From: the human T2T-CHM13v2.0 reference genome, Homo sapiens
DNA: 64,000 nt
Assembly (NCBI RefSeq): GCF_009914755.1
Contig: NC_060926.1
Reading direction: 5' to 3' (one strand)
Shown here in pieces: positions 1 to 11,945 of the stretch. Position 1 is the stretch's first letter. Each line of letters starts with the position of its first letter. Made by a program: the position numbers and the translations under genes. The notes beneath the pieces are model-generated. The model was not told where the DNA came from and made no database searches. It saw only the letters and a list, made by a program, of their open reading frames with translations.

Positions 1-1039
1 AGCAACTCTGTCCTCCTATACCTGTTCATTCTCCCTATTATATAGCCCACTGCCCAGCCCTGGTTACTCTTTGTCTTACCGGTTCTAACCATCCTGATTT
101 CTTAATGATTGACTTCCTTTCCCATAGGCATGATCTTATTTGCTCATTATATGTCTTCAGACTGCATTAAGCAGTCTAAGCCTGCACCATAGATCTAAGA
201 TGAAAATTATTTGGCCACTAAATATGTGACTTACAGTGATCTTACATGTAAGGTTACCTGATTCTAGGAAAATGTATTGCTAATTACTATTTCACATTTT
301 CATTTTGTTTGTATAGCAGGAATGTATGATGACTTTGATTTTTGGACAGCTAACTCTTTTATAACTCAGTTATATGAGTTCCTCCATAAAACTTCTAAAG
401 CTTTTACCATAAGTCAAGTATATTACAAACAGCAATTTGTACTGGCCTATATAATGGGTAGGGCAACATAGCAGTATATGAGATGTCTACTATTAGCCAA
501 ATTACCTCAGAGTTCCATTTAACTTCCAAAAATTCTTCAAAGTTTAATTCTCAGGATTTAGTTGCACCTGTGCTTAAAATTTTAACAAATTTATTATGAC
601 AAAAACAGAAATATATACCATCAGGGAGTTAGATAAGGTTATGAAGTTGTAGACATCTAAAATTTCATTTAAAAATGTCAGATAATCTAAGATAAGCTTT
701 GGACAAACAAATGTGCTTAGAAAATATACAAAGTCATTCTCAAAAAAATTAAAAAATAAAGTTTCACTAAGGAGACCCTTCATGATTCATACTCTGAGTT
801 TTAGCATACCATAAAAGTTATCTTCTAACCCCTAAATTTGGTTTCACTTATAAGTTCATTGTTATCTTAAAGTATCTGACTGATATTCCAATATCTGGGC
901 AGTCTCTGTCATCTTTCTTAACTATTTTCTTGCTTGATTCTTTTTTACCATAGATCATATTTTCTTCCACATTCACATCTCTACTGATTTTTTGTAGTGG
1001 ACCAGATATTTTTATATAAAAATAAAATGTAAAATAAGA

Positions 1040-2867
1040 GAGTAGGTAACACTTCCAAACTCAATTTATGAGGCTAGTATTACTCTGACATCAAAACAAG
1101 ACAAAAACATCATAGAAAAAGAAAACTAAAAACCAGTATCTATAATTAATAGTGATGAAGAAAAGTCCTTTACAAAATACTCTCAAACTGAATCCAGCAA
1201 CATATGAAAAGAATTATACACCATAATTAAGTGGAATCTATCCCAGGAATTCAAGGTTGGTTTAATATCCAAAAATCAATTAATATAATCCTATCTATGA
1301 AATAAAAAACAAAAATCACATGATCATCTCAACAGATGGAGAAAAAACGTTTGACAAAATGCAATACCCTTTTATGATATAAACACTCAACAACATGGAA
1401 TAGAGAGAAACTTCCTCAATCTGATAAAGGGCGTCTATCAAAAATCCACAACTAACATCACCCTGATGATAAAAGACTGAATGCTTTCACTATAAGATCA
1501 GAAACAAGGATTTCTGTTCATATCACTTCTATTTAACATTGTACTGCAGATTCTAGAGCAATTAGGCAAGATAAAGAAACAAAAGGCATCCAGATTGCAA
1601 AAGAAGAAGCAGAACTATTTCTATTCACAGATGACATTATCTTGTATATAAAATATCCTTAGGAACCAACCAAAAAGCCATTATAACTAATAAGCACAAG
1701 TTTATGGGATATTAGACAAATATTTTTAAAATTAATTTTATTTCTAAAAATTTGTAATGAACAATTCAAAAATGAAATTAAGAAAATAATTCCATTATAA
1801 TAGCTTCAAAAATAATAAAATTTTTAGGACTAAATTTTTACAAAGAAGTACCAAACTTATACTCTGAAAACTGAAACACATTATTGAAAGAAATTAAATA
1901 TCTAAATTAATAGAATAAATCCCAGGTTTCTGTACTGAAGTTATTAGATTGTTAGGATGTCCAGTATTTTCCCAAACTGATATACAGATTCAATGCTATC
2001 CCTATGAGAATCCCAGCTAAATTATCTGTAGGAACTGAGAAGCTGATTTTTAAATCCATGTAGAATTGCCAGAAGCTCAGAATACTCAAAACAAACTTGA
2101 TAAAGAGCAAAGAAAGAAAACTCACACTTCCTGAATTCAAAACCGAATACAAAGAAACACTCTTCAGGACTGTGTGGTACTAGCTTAAGTATAAAGTTAA
2201 TGGAACAGAACTGACAGCTCAGAAATTAATCCATATATCTATGGTCAACTAATTTATGACATGGATGCTGAGACAAACCAATGGGAAAATAATCAACAAA
2301 AAATTGTGCTTAGACAACTATGCAGGTAAATTCAAAAGAATGAAGTTTGAACCTTATCTCATACCACATAAAAATTAACTCATAATTGATCAAAGACCTA
2401 ACTATAAAAGTTAAACTATAAAACTCATAAGATAAAATTATAGATAAATCTTCATGATCTTGGATTTAGCAAAGATTTTTTTACTATGACACCAAAGCAT
2501 GAGGAACAAAGAAAAAACTGATAATTTGGACTTCAGCAAAATTAAAAACTTCTGTGCTTCAAAGGACACTATCCAGAAAGTTAAAAGACAAACCCCAAAA
2601 TATGATAAAATATTTGTAAATCATACATCTGATAAGAGACTTGTGTCTGAAATAGATTAAGAAATATTTCAACTTAATAAAAAAAGACAACCCAATTTAA
2701 AGGGCAAAGGACCTCAAAATATATTTCTACAAAGAAGATATACAAATAGCCATCAAGCACATGTGAAAAAAATGCTCAATAATTAGTCATCAGGAAAATG
2801 CATATCAAAACCACAGTAGATATCGCTTCATAACTACTAGAATTGGTAGAATAAGAAAGTCAGATAA
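1040..2867 (+). mobile_element. Old L1 (L1MB/L1M4-like), 5'-truncated, ORF2 RT/C-terminal region, left part
   Basis: Degenerate L1 ORF2 sequence: 'acacttccaaactcaatttatgaggctagtattactctgacatcaaaac'; RT motif 'ctattcacagatgacattatc' (LFTDDII) at ~1621; many stops. It stops abruptly where the younger L1 begins. Confidence 0.9.
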
Positions 2868-4173
2868 GGGTGGGGCCAAGATGGTTGACTAGAAGCAGCA
2901 GTGATCAGAGGTCCCCATAGAAAAGAACCATAATAGTATGTAAATACTGCACCATCAACCAAGGTATCCAGGTTCTCTCATCAGAACTGACTAGGTGGGT
3001 GGTGTGACCCATGGAGAAGAAGGAATACCAGTGTGGTGCAGCCACCTGAGAGCCACACAGGGCAGGGAAGCCCCCACCCCCCAACCCAGGGAGATGGTGA
3101 GTGGGAGTGCTACCTAGCCAGGGAAATAGTGCTTTTACCATGGAACTGTGCAACCCAGGGATCAGAAGATTCCACTCATGAACCTACGCCACTGGGGCCT
3201 AGGGTCCCAACCCGAGATGCACAGATTCCAAACAGCCTCTCAACTAGAATCTGCTTAAGACTGCTGAGTTTCTGGGTGGGAGGAGTGACCAGCACCATAG
3301 ATGTGACTGCCTGCTGTCTAAGCCCTTTGAGCTCCTTGAGGGAGGAGCAGCAGGCAGTTCTGGAACAGAGAGCTGCCTAAGACCCTAAGCGACCTGGTCC
3401 AGGAAAGGGTGGCAGCCATCTCTACAGCTCCAGGCTGTGCTTTTCCCCTGTTGAATTCAGGGAGGCTGCATGGCTTGGTCCCAAAAGGTGTCCCCCACAG
3501 CCCCACATGCTGGCTGTGGCAGACTGCAGCCAGATTGTCTCTTCAGGCCTGACCCTAACCCATTCCTCTTCACTGAGTGGGGCCTCCTTGCATGAACTCC
3601 AGCAACTGCAGCCAGTAGCTCAAGGACAGAACCCTGATCTCCCTGGGCCTGAGCCCTTAGGGGGAGGGGTGGCTACAGTCTCTCTGGGCCAGCTGACTTA
3701 GACTTTCCTGCTGGTAGTTCTGAGGAATCCAGGCAATCCAGATGAGTGAGTTCCCCCCAGTGAAGTACACCCCCTCCACCCAGGGACAGTCAAAGTGCTT
3801 TGTTAAATGGATCCTCTTCTCTGTGCCACCCAGCTGAGTGAGACCAACGGGGTTGTCAGACACCCTATACAGGAGCGATCCTACTGGCTTCAGGTTGGTG
3901 CCCCTCAAGGCCAGAGATCCCAAAAGAAGGAGCAAGCACCCATCTTTGCTGTTCTCCAGCCCCCTTGAGTGACATCTCCAGGTGTAGGTGTGAACCAGAT
4001 GAACAGGGCCTGAAGTGAACCCCCAGCAAACTGCAGCAGCTCTACGGTAAAGGGACCTGACCACTGAAAGAAAAACAAACAGACAACAACAACAGCATTA
4101 ACAACAACAAAAAGTCCCCACGAAAACCCGATCCGAGCATCAACAGCCTTAAAGATCAAAACTAAACAAACTC

Positions 4174-5182
4174 ATGAAGATGAAAAAGAATCAACAAAAA
4201 ATGCTGAAAACCCCAAATGGCAGAGTGCCTCTTCTCCTCCAAATGATTGCACTGCCTGGATGGAGGATGAGATGGACAAATTGACAGAAGCAGGCTTCAG
4301 AAGATGAGTAATAAAAAAACTCTGCTTAGCTAAAGGAGCATGTACTAACCCAATGCAAAGAAGCTAAGAAACTTGAAAAAAGGTTAGAGGAGCTGCTAAC
4401 TAGAATAACCAGTTTAGAGAGGAATATAAATGACCTGATGGAGCTGAAAAACACAGCATGAGAACTTTGTGAAGCATACATAAGTATCAGTAGCTGAATT
4501 GATCAAGCAGTAGAAAGGATATCAAAGTTTGAAGACCACCTTGCTGAAATAAGGCATGCAGACAAGATTAGAGACAAAAGAATGAAAGGGAACAAACAAA
4601 ATCTTCAAGAAATGTGGGACTACGTAAAAAGACCAAAGGTACTATTGATTGGAGTATCTGAAGGAGACAGGGAGAATGGAAACAAGCTGGAAAACACACT
4701 TCAGGATATTATCCAAGAGAATTGCCCCTACCTAGCAAGACCAGCCAACATGCAGATTCAGGTAATACAGAGAACACCACTAAGATACTGCATGAGAAGA
4801 TGAACCCCAAGACACACAATCATCAGATTCTCCAAGGTTGAAATGAAGGAAAAAATGTTAAGGGCAGCCAGAGAGAAAGGCCAGGTCTTCTGCAAAGGGA
4901 AGCCCATCAGACTAACAGCAGGCTTTCAGCAGAAACCCTACAAGCCCCAAGAGATTGGGGGCCAATATTCAACATTCTTAAAGAAAGAATTTTCAACCCA
5001 GAATTTCATATTCAGCCAAACTAAGCTTCAAAAGTGAAGGAGAAATAAAATCCTTCCCAGACAAGCAAATGCTGGTGTATTTCATTATCATCAGAACTGC
5101 CTTGCAAGAGCTCCTGAAGGAAGCACTAAATATGCAAAGGAAAAACCAGTACCAGTCACTGAAAAAACACACCAAAATATAG
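4174..5182 (+). pseudogene. L1 ORF1p remnant (stops and frameshifts)
   Basis: ORF track peptides 'QNLQEMWDYVKRPKVLLIGVSEGDRENGNKLENTLQDIIQEN' and 'MKEKMLRAAREKGQVFCKGKPIRLTA' are typical L1 ORF1p. Confidence 0.88.
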
Positions 5183-5242
5183 AGACCAATGACACTATGA
5201 AGAAACTGCATCAACTAGTGTGCAAAATAACCAGACAGCATC

Positions 5243-8200
5243 ATGAGGACAGGATCTCTTTCACACATAACAATAGTAACCATAAATATAAATGGGCTAA
5301 ATGCCCCCATTAAAAGACACAGACTGGCAAATTGGATAAAGAGCTGAGACCCATTGGTATGCTGTATTCAGGAGACCCATCTCATGTGCAAAGACACAAA
5401 TAGGCTCAAAATAAATGGATAGAGGGAAAATTTACAAAGCAAATGGAAAGTTAAAAAAGCAGGGGTTGCAATTCTAGTCTCTGACAAAACAGACTTTAAA
5501 CCAACAAAGATCAAAAAAGACAAAGAAGGCCATTACATAGTGGCAAAGGGATCAATTTAACAAGAAGAGCTAACTGATGTAAATATATATGCACCCCATA
5601 CAGGAGCACCCAGATTCATTAAACAAGTTCTTAGAGACCTACAAGGAGACTTAGACTCCCACACAATAATAGTGGGAGACTTTAACACCCCACAGTTAAT
5701 ATTAGACAGATCAATGAGACAGAAAATTAACAAGGATATTCAGGACTTGATCACAGCTCTGGATCAAGTGGACCTAATAGACATCTACAGAACTCTCTAC
5801 CCCAAATCAACAGAGTATACGTTCTTCTCAGTGCCACATGGCACTTATTCTAAAATTGACCATATAATCGGAAGTAAAACACTCCTCAGAAAATGCAAAA
5901 TAATTGAAATTATAACAGTCTCTCAGAACACAGCACAATCAAATTAGAACTCAGAATTAAGAAACTCATTCAAAAACACACAATTGCATGGAAATTGAAA
6001 AACCTGCTCTTGAATGACTCCTAGGTAAATAATGAAATTAAGGCAGAAATCAAGAAGTTATTTAAAACCAATGAGAACAAAGAGGCAATGTACCAAAATC
6101 TCTGGGACACAGCTAAAGCAGTGTTAAGAGGGAAATTTACGGCACTAAATGCCCACATGAGAAAGCTAGAAAGATCTGAAATTGACTCCCTAAAATGACA
6201 ATTAAAAGAGCTAGAGAAGTGAGAGCAAACAAATCCAAAAGCTAGCAGAAGACAAGAAATAACTAAGATCAGAACAGAATTAACAGAGACAGAGACATGA
6301 AAAACCCTCCAAAAAATCAATGAATCCAGGAGCTGTTTTTTTGAAAAAAAGTTAACAAAATAGATAGACCGCTAGCCAGAGTAATAAAGAAGAAAAGAGA
6401 GAAGAATTAAATAGACACAATAAAAAATGATAAAGGGGATATCATCACTGACTCTGCAGAAATACAAACTACTGTCAAAGAATGCTATAAATGCCTCTAC
6501 TCAAATAAACTAGAAAATCTAAAAGAAATTGATATATTCCTGGTCATATACATCCTCCCAAGACTAAACCAGGAAGAAGTCAAAACACTGAATATACTAA
6601 TAATGAGTTCTGAAATTGAGGCAATAATTAAATGCCCAAAAACCAAAAAAAAAAAAAAAAAAAAAGCCCAGGACCAGAGGGATTCACAGCTGAATTCTAC
6701 CAGAGGTATAAAGAGGAGATGGCAACATTCCTTCTGAAACTATTCCAAACAGCTGAAAAGGAGAGACTCCTCCCTAACTCATTTTATGAAGTCAGCATCA
6801 TCCTGATACCAAAACTTGGCAGTGACACAACAACAGCAAAAAACTTCAGGCCAATATCCCTGATGAACATAGATGTGAAAATCATCAATAAAATACCAGC
6901 AAATCGAATCCAGCAGCACATCAAAACACTTATCTACCGCAATCAAGTTGGCTTCACCCCTGGGATGAAAGGCTGGTTCAACATATGCAAACCAATAAAT
7001 GTAATCCATCACATAAACAGAACCAAAGACAAAAACCACATGATTATCTCAATAGATGCAGAAAAGGCTTTTGATAAAGTTCAACATCCCTTCATGTTAA
7101 AAACACTCAATAAATTAGGCATTGATGGAACATATTTCAAAATAATAAGAGTTATTGATGACAAACCCACAGCCAATAACATCGAATGGGCAAAAGCTGG
7201 AAGCATTCCCTTTGAAAACTGGTACAAGACAAGGATACCCTCTCTCACCACTCCTATTCAACATAGTATTGGAAGTTCTGGCCAGGGCAATCAGGCAAGA
7301 AAAAGAAATAAAGTGTATTCAAATAGGAAGAGAGGAAGTCAAATTGTCTCTGTTTGCAGACAACATGATTCTATATATAGAAAACCCCATTGCCTCAGTC
7401 CAAAAATTCCTTAAGCTGATAAGGACCTTCAGAAGAGTCTCAGGATACAAAATCAATATCCAAAAATCACAAGCATTGCTTTACACTAACAATAGATAGG
7501 CAGAGAGTCAAATCATGAATAAATTCCCATTCACAATTGCTAAAAAGAGAATAAAATACCTGGGAATACAGCTAACAAGGGATGTGAAGGACCTCTTCAA
7601 GTAGAACTACAAACCACTGCTCAAGGAAATAAAGAGAGGACACAAACAAATTGAAAAATTCCAACCTCATAAGTAGGAAGAATCAGTATCATGAAAATTG
7701 CCATACTGCCCAAAGTAATTTATAGATTCAATGTTACTCCCATCAAACTACCATTGATATTCTTCACAGATTTAGAAAAAAACTTCTTTAAATTTCATAC
7801 AGATCCAAAGAAGATCCCAAGCCAAGACAATCCTAAGCAAAAAGAACAAAAGCTGGAGGCATCATGCAACCTGACCTCAAACTATACTACAAGACTACAG
7901 TAATCAAAACAGCATGGCACTGGTACCAAAACAGACGTATAGAGCAAGAGAACAGAACAGAGACCTCAGAATTAATGTTACACATCTACAACCATCTGAT
8001 CTTTGACAAACCTGACAAAAACAAGCAATGGGGAAAGAATCCCCTATTCAATAAATGGTGCTGGGAAAACTGGCTAGCCGTATGCAGAAAACTGAAACTG
8101 GACACCCTCCTTACACCTTATACAAAAATTAACTCAAGAGGGATTAAAGACTTAAATGTAAAACTCAAAACCATAAAAAACTGTAGAAGAAAAGCTAGGC

Positions 8201-9069
8201 AATACCATTCAGGACATAGGCATGGGCAAAGACTTCATAGAGCAAACACCAAAAGCAATTGCAACAAAAGCCAAAATTGACAAATGGGATCTAAATAAAC
8301 TAAAGAACTTCTGCACAGCAAAAGAAACTATCATCAGAGTAAATAGGCATCCTACAGAATGGGAGAAAATGTTTGCAATCTATGCATCTGACAAAGGGCT
8401 AATATTCAGAATCTAAAAGGAACTTAAACAACTTTACAAGAAAAAAAAAAAACCCCATCAAAAAGTGGGCAAAGGATATGAACAGGCACTTCTCAAAAGA
8501 AGATATTTATGCAGCTAAGAAACATATGATAAAAAGTTCAACATCACTTATCATTAGAGAAATGCAAATCAAAACTGCAATGAGATACCATCTCACACCA
8601 GTCAGACTGGCAATTATTAAGAAGAATAGATACTGGAGAGGCTGTGGAGAGATAGGAATGCTTTTATACTGTTAGTGGGAATGTAAATTAGTTCAACCAT
8701 GGTGGAAGACAGTATGGCGATTTGTCAAGGATTTAGAACCAGAAATACAGTTTGACCCAGCAATCCCATTACTAGATATATATCAAAGGAATATAAATCA
8801 TTATACTATAAAGACACTTGCACACATATGTTTATTGCAGCACTATTTACAATAGCAAAGACATGGAACCAACCTAAATGTCCATCAATGATAGATTGGA
8901 TAACGAAAATGTGGTACATATATACCATGGAATGCTATGCAGCTGTAAAAAGGAATGAGATAATGTCCTTTGCAGGGACATAGATGAAGCTGGAGCCACC
9001 GTCCTCAGCAAACTAACAAAGGAGCAGAAAACCAAACACCACATGTTCTCACTCAGAAGTGGGAGTTGA
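5243..9069 (+). pseudogene. L1 ORF2p remnant (endonuclease, RT, C-terminal region), disrupted
   Basis: EN motifs 'GDFNTP' and 'YSKIDHIIG'; '[13 protein letters not shown]'; RT '[21 protein letters not shown]'; catalytic FADD reads FADN. Split over several frames. Confidence 0.92.
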
Positions 9070-9292
9070 ACAATGAGAACACATGGACACAGGGAGGGGA
9101 GTAACACACACAACAGGGCCCATTGAGGGGTTGGGGGTGAGGGGAGGGTACTTAGAGAATAGGTCAATTGGTGCAGGAAACCACCATGGCACGTGTATAC
9201 CTATGCAAAGAACCTGCATGTTCTGCACATGTATCCCAGAACTTAAAGTAAAATTTTTTAGAAAAGGAAAAAAAAATAAGAAAAAAAAGAAA

Positions 9293-9975
9293 AGATAATA
9301 ACAAATGTTGGAGAGGATGTTGAGAAATTATATATCTATACACCGTTGGAGGGATTGTAAAATGGTGTAATCATTTTGGAAAATAGTTTGACAATTCCTC
9401 AAATGAATAAATAGAGAGTTACCGTATGACATAGCAATTTTTCTCCTAGGTAAATACCCAAAGAAATGAAAATATATGTCCAAACCAAAACCTGTACATA
9501 GATACTTATAGAGGTATTATTCTTAATAAACAAACAACTCAAATTTACCTCAATGGATAAATGGATAAATAAATGAGGGATACCCACACAAATGGGGTAT
9601 GTTCACCAGTATTATGAAAAGTAAGGAGGTACTGCTGCATACTACAATAGGAATGAACCTTGAAAACATTATTCTAAGTGAAAGAAGCCAGTCACAAAAG
9701 ACATATTATGATTTCAGTCATATTAAATATCTATAGTAGGAAAATCAATAGAGACAGAAAGTATATTAGTGTTTGCTTAAGTAATGTGGGGTGGGGGAAG
9801 AGGATGATAAAAAAAGTAGTATTGAGTTTCTTTTTAATGTGATAAAAATCTTCTAAAACTGATTGTGATGATGGTTGTATAGTTCTGTTAATAAGTTAAA
9901 AGCCATTGAACTATAACAATTTAAATGGGTAATTTGTATGGTATATAAATTAAATCTCAATAAAGCTGTTAGAAA
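9293..9975 (+). mobile_element. Old L1 (L1MB-like) 3' end, continuation of the 1040-2867 element
   Basis: 'agataataacaaatgttggagaggatgttgagaaa' continues L1 ORF2 from where it stopped at 2867; ends 'aaattaaatctcaataaagctgttagaaaa'. Confidence 0.88.
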
Positions 9976-9999
9976 ATACAATAGAAAATGAAGTAAATT

Positions 10000-10950
10000 C
10001 ACATTCGTCTCCACAAAGGAGCCTGCCCCTCTTGTCAGGCCTCTAGAGTGAAAGACGAGTCAGTATGCTTTCAGTTGAGCTGGGTGCGGGTTTAGCTGCA
10101 GCTTTAGTTTTTGTAAGTTCACTATGGATTCAAATGTTTGAGGGCGGTACTGGGACTTGGTCTTCACTAGGGTCTTCAATCATTGATGAGATTCCAAAGT
10201 TCTGCTTGCTCCTCATAGCTAAATAGCCAGCTTTCTAAACCGTGAGAGATTTCTCCTTGCTTTACTCCCACAGCAGAACTTTTGTGTTATTAAAGAATTC
10301 TCTTTGCTCTCCAGTGCTGTCTCTCATCTTAGGAAATCTCTCTTTTCTCTTCTGCCTTGCCCTTGTCCTTTAGAAGTCAGCCAAAGATTCTCTCCACTCT
10401 GAAGGCAGAGATTGTCTTGGAGGGGTTTCACTCAGTTCTTCCACCTCATCTTGACTTCTGAGTTAAGCATGGAGTGCCAGGGGAAGAGTGTGGCTCTCTC
10501 AGCTCTCTTACCCCTCCTCCAATGTTCTGTAACTTCTGGAAGTTTCTCTCAATTTTTCCCCATCTCTATTTTCAGCACTCAGTAAAGATCAGAGGGAAAG
10601 AATTGGCAGTAGCACAGTTTTGTTCTGTGTCTGGGGCTCCAGTGGAATTTGACGTGTCATGCCAGCCCACACGCAGTCATTAGAAATGTCAGGTTGGGCT
10701 GGTTTCCCCTGCTCCCACCTATGGAGGATTGCTCCTTCTCCTTTCATGTCAGTTATAAGAGGTCTCCTTGGCCCTTCTTTCTTAGGAAGAGCTTGTCACT
10801 TGCTGGATTTTAGTTTATTTAGGTTGCTTTGCATTCTTTGCTCCCTGATATATATTTTTTTTAATCTATGATTATGTAGCTTTTCCAATGTTTGGGTTGA
10901 AAGGGTGAAATGATGATATTTTGCAGCTTCCAACATCTGAACTGGAAGTA
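10000..10950 (-). mobile_element. Probable very old L1ME/HAL1 5' region
   Basis: Pyrimidine-rich degenerate sequence ending 'caacatctgaactggaagt', resembling the reverse complement of ancient L1 5' ends. It may continue the 780-1020 segment. Confidence 0.4.
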
Positions 10951-11754
10951 AGACAACTACTGGAATTTGAGAGGTGAAAAGTAGGTTACAGAAAGGTTTT
11001 TGAGTATATATTGAGCATTTTCCAAGCTTTAAGTCCTATAAATAGTCTCTGAATGCCCAAGAAAACAAGCAAGCAAGAAAGTATCTAGACCTTGAATTTT
11101 CTCATCTCTGGTACTTCTATCTCTCCAAAAGATTTTCATAATTCAAGCATAATACTCACCTTCATATTTCAGGGCAAGTTATACAGAGAGATATGGCCAC
11201 AGCCAAAGGAGGCTGTCAAAATTGTAGGAGTCAACTCATTCAGTCCTCTACAGTCATGTTGCATCTGTTCAGGCCATACACAAATGAGTTACCTCTGCCA
11301 GGAAGTGCTCAGTAAAGGGGGGATTGAGTCACATCTCTTGGTTATTGTGGTAGAAAATGTCCAGGCCCAATGATGAAATAAGAAATACATCATGAAAGTA
11401 TGTAACTTTCGTTGAGCAGGAAATTCCCTGTATGCTACAAGGAGAAATTGCCACATGGCCCTTTCTACATCACTCATAAAATACACAGTCCAATAGACTA
11501 GAGTCCTCTCATGTGGAAGATTTCTCACATCTCATGGTTTAAAATTTAAAATCAATACACATTAGGTGTTCTTCTATGAACCACAAAAGATAAAACAAGG
11601 AGCTGAGGTACCCACTTGTATCGTTGATATGGTGTATGTCTCAAGTGTAGGTTGTTCAGCTTATTTCTTGGATCATTAGTAAACCAAAGTGAAAACAATC
11701 ATAAACAGTGTCCAAGGAGTCAATGTTCATATAAATCAGAGACTAATTAATAAC

Positions 11755-11945
11755 AATAATAATAATAAATGCTTGTCGTATTTAGTATATTCCAGGTACT
11801 GTTTAATTCTTTAAGCTTTATTAAAAAAAAACACACAAAAAAAAACAAAAAAAATCCCCTTTGAGCTATGTACTATTGTTATCTCCATTTTATAGATGAG
11901 CAGATGGAGGCAAAGTGGTCAAGGAACTTGCTGAAGCCACAAGTA
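11755..11945 (-). mobile_element. MIR SINE
   Basis: Core 'attgttatctccattttatagatgagcagatggaggc...ggtcaaggaacttgctgaagccaca'. Confidence 0.75.

Larger units (their letters stand above)
2868..9290 (+). mobile_element. Full-length L1PA8-like (L1P3-type 5'UTR) LINE-1, inactivated
   Basis: Starts 'gggtggggccaagatggttgactagaagcagc'; GC-rich 5'UTR to ~4170; ORF1 and ORF2 remnants; 3'UTR 'aaaccaccatggcacgtgtatacctatg...cccagaacttaaagtaaaa' followed by an A-rich tail. 'agataa' at 2862-2867 and 9293-9298 is a probable TSD remnant. Confidence 0.93.

Noticed and set aside
80-194. Minus-strand exon-like segment (ttttcatcttag ... CCG|gtaaga)
   Set aside because: Stops in all three frames and a modest acceptor; such pairs occur by chance in 64 kb. 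A non-coding exon cannot be excluded.
6645-6665. Long A-run inside L1 ORF2, considered as a separate retro-insertion tail
   Set aside because: It coincides with the native A-run before 'gcccagga' (KKSPG); slippage expansion explains it and there is no TSD.
6632-7414. 260-aa ORF, the longest in the window
   Set aside because: Fragment of L1 ORF2 that frameshifts before the RT active site; not a host gene.
11150-11300. Minus-strand donors AAG|gtgagt and GAG|gtaact
   Set aside because: Weak acceptors, and the candidate exon for the first donor has stops in all frames.
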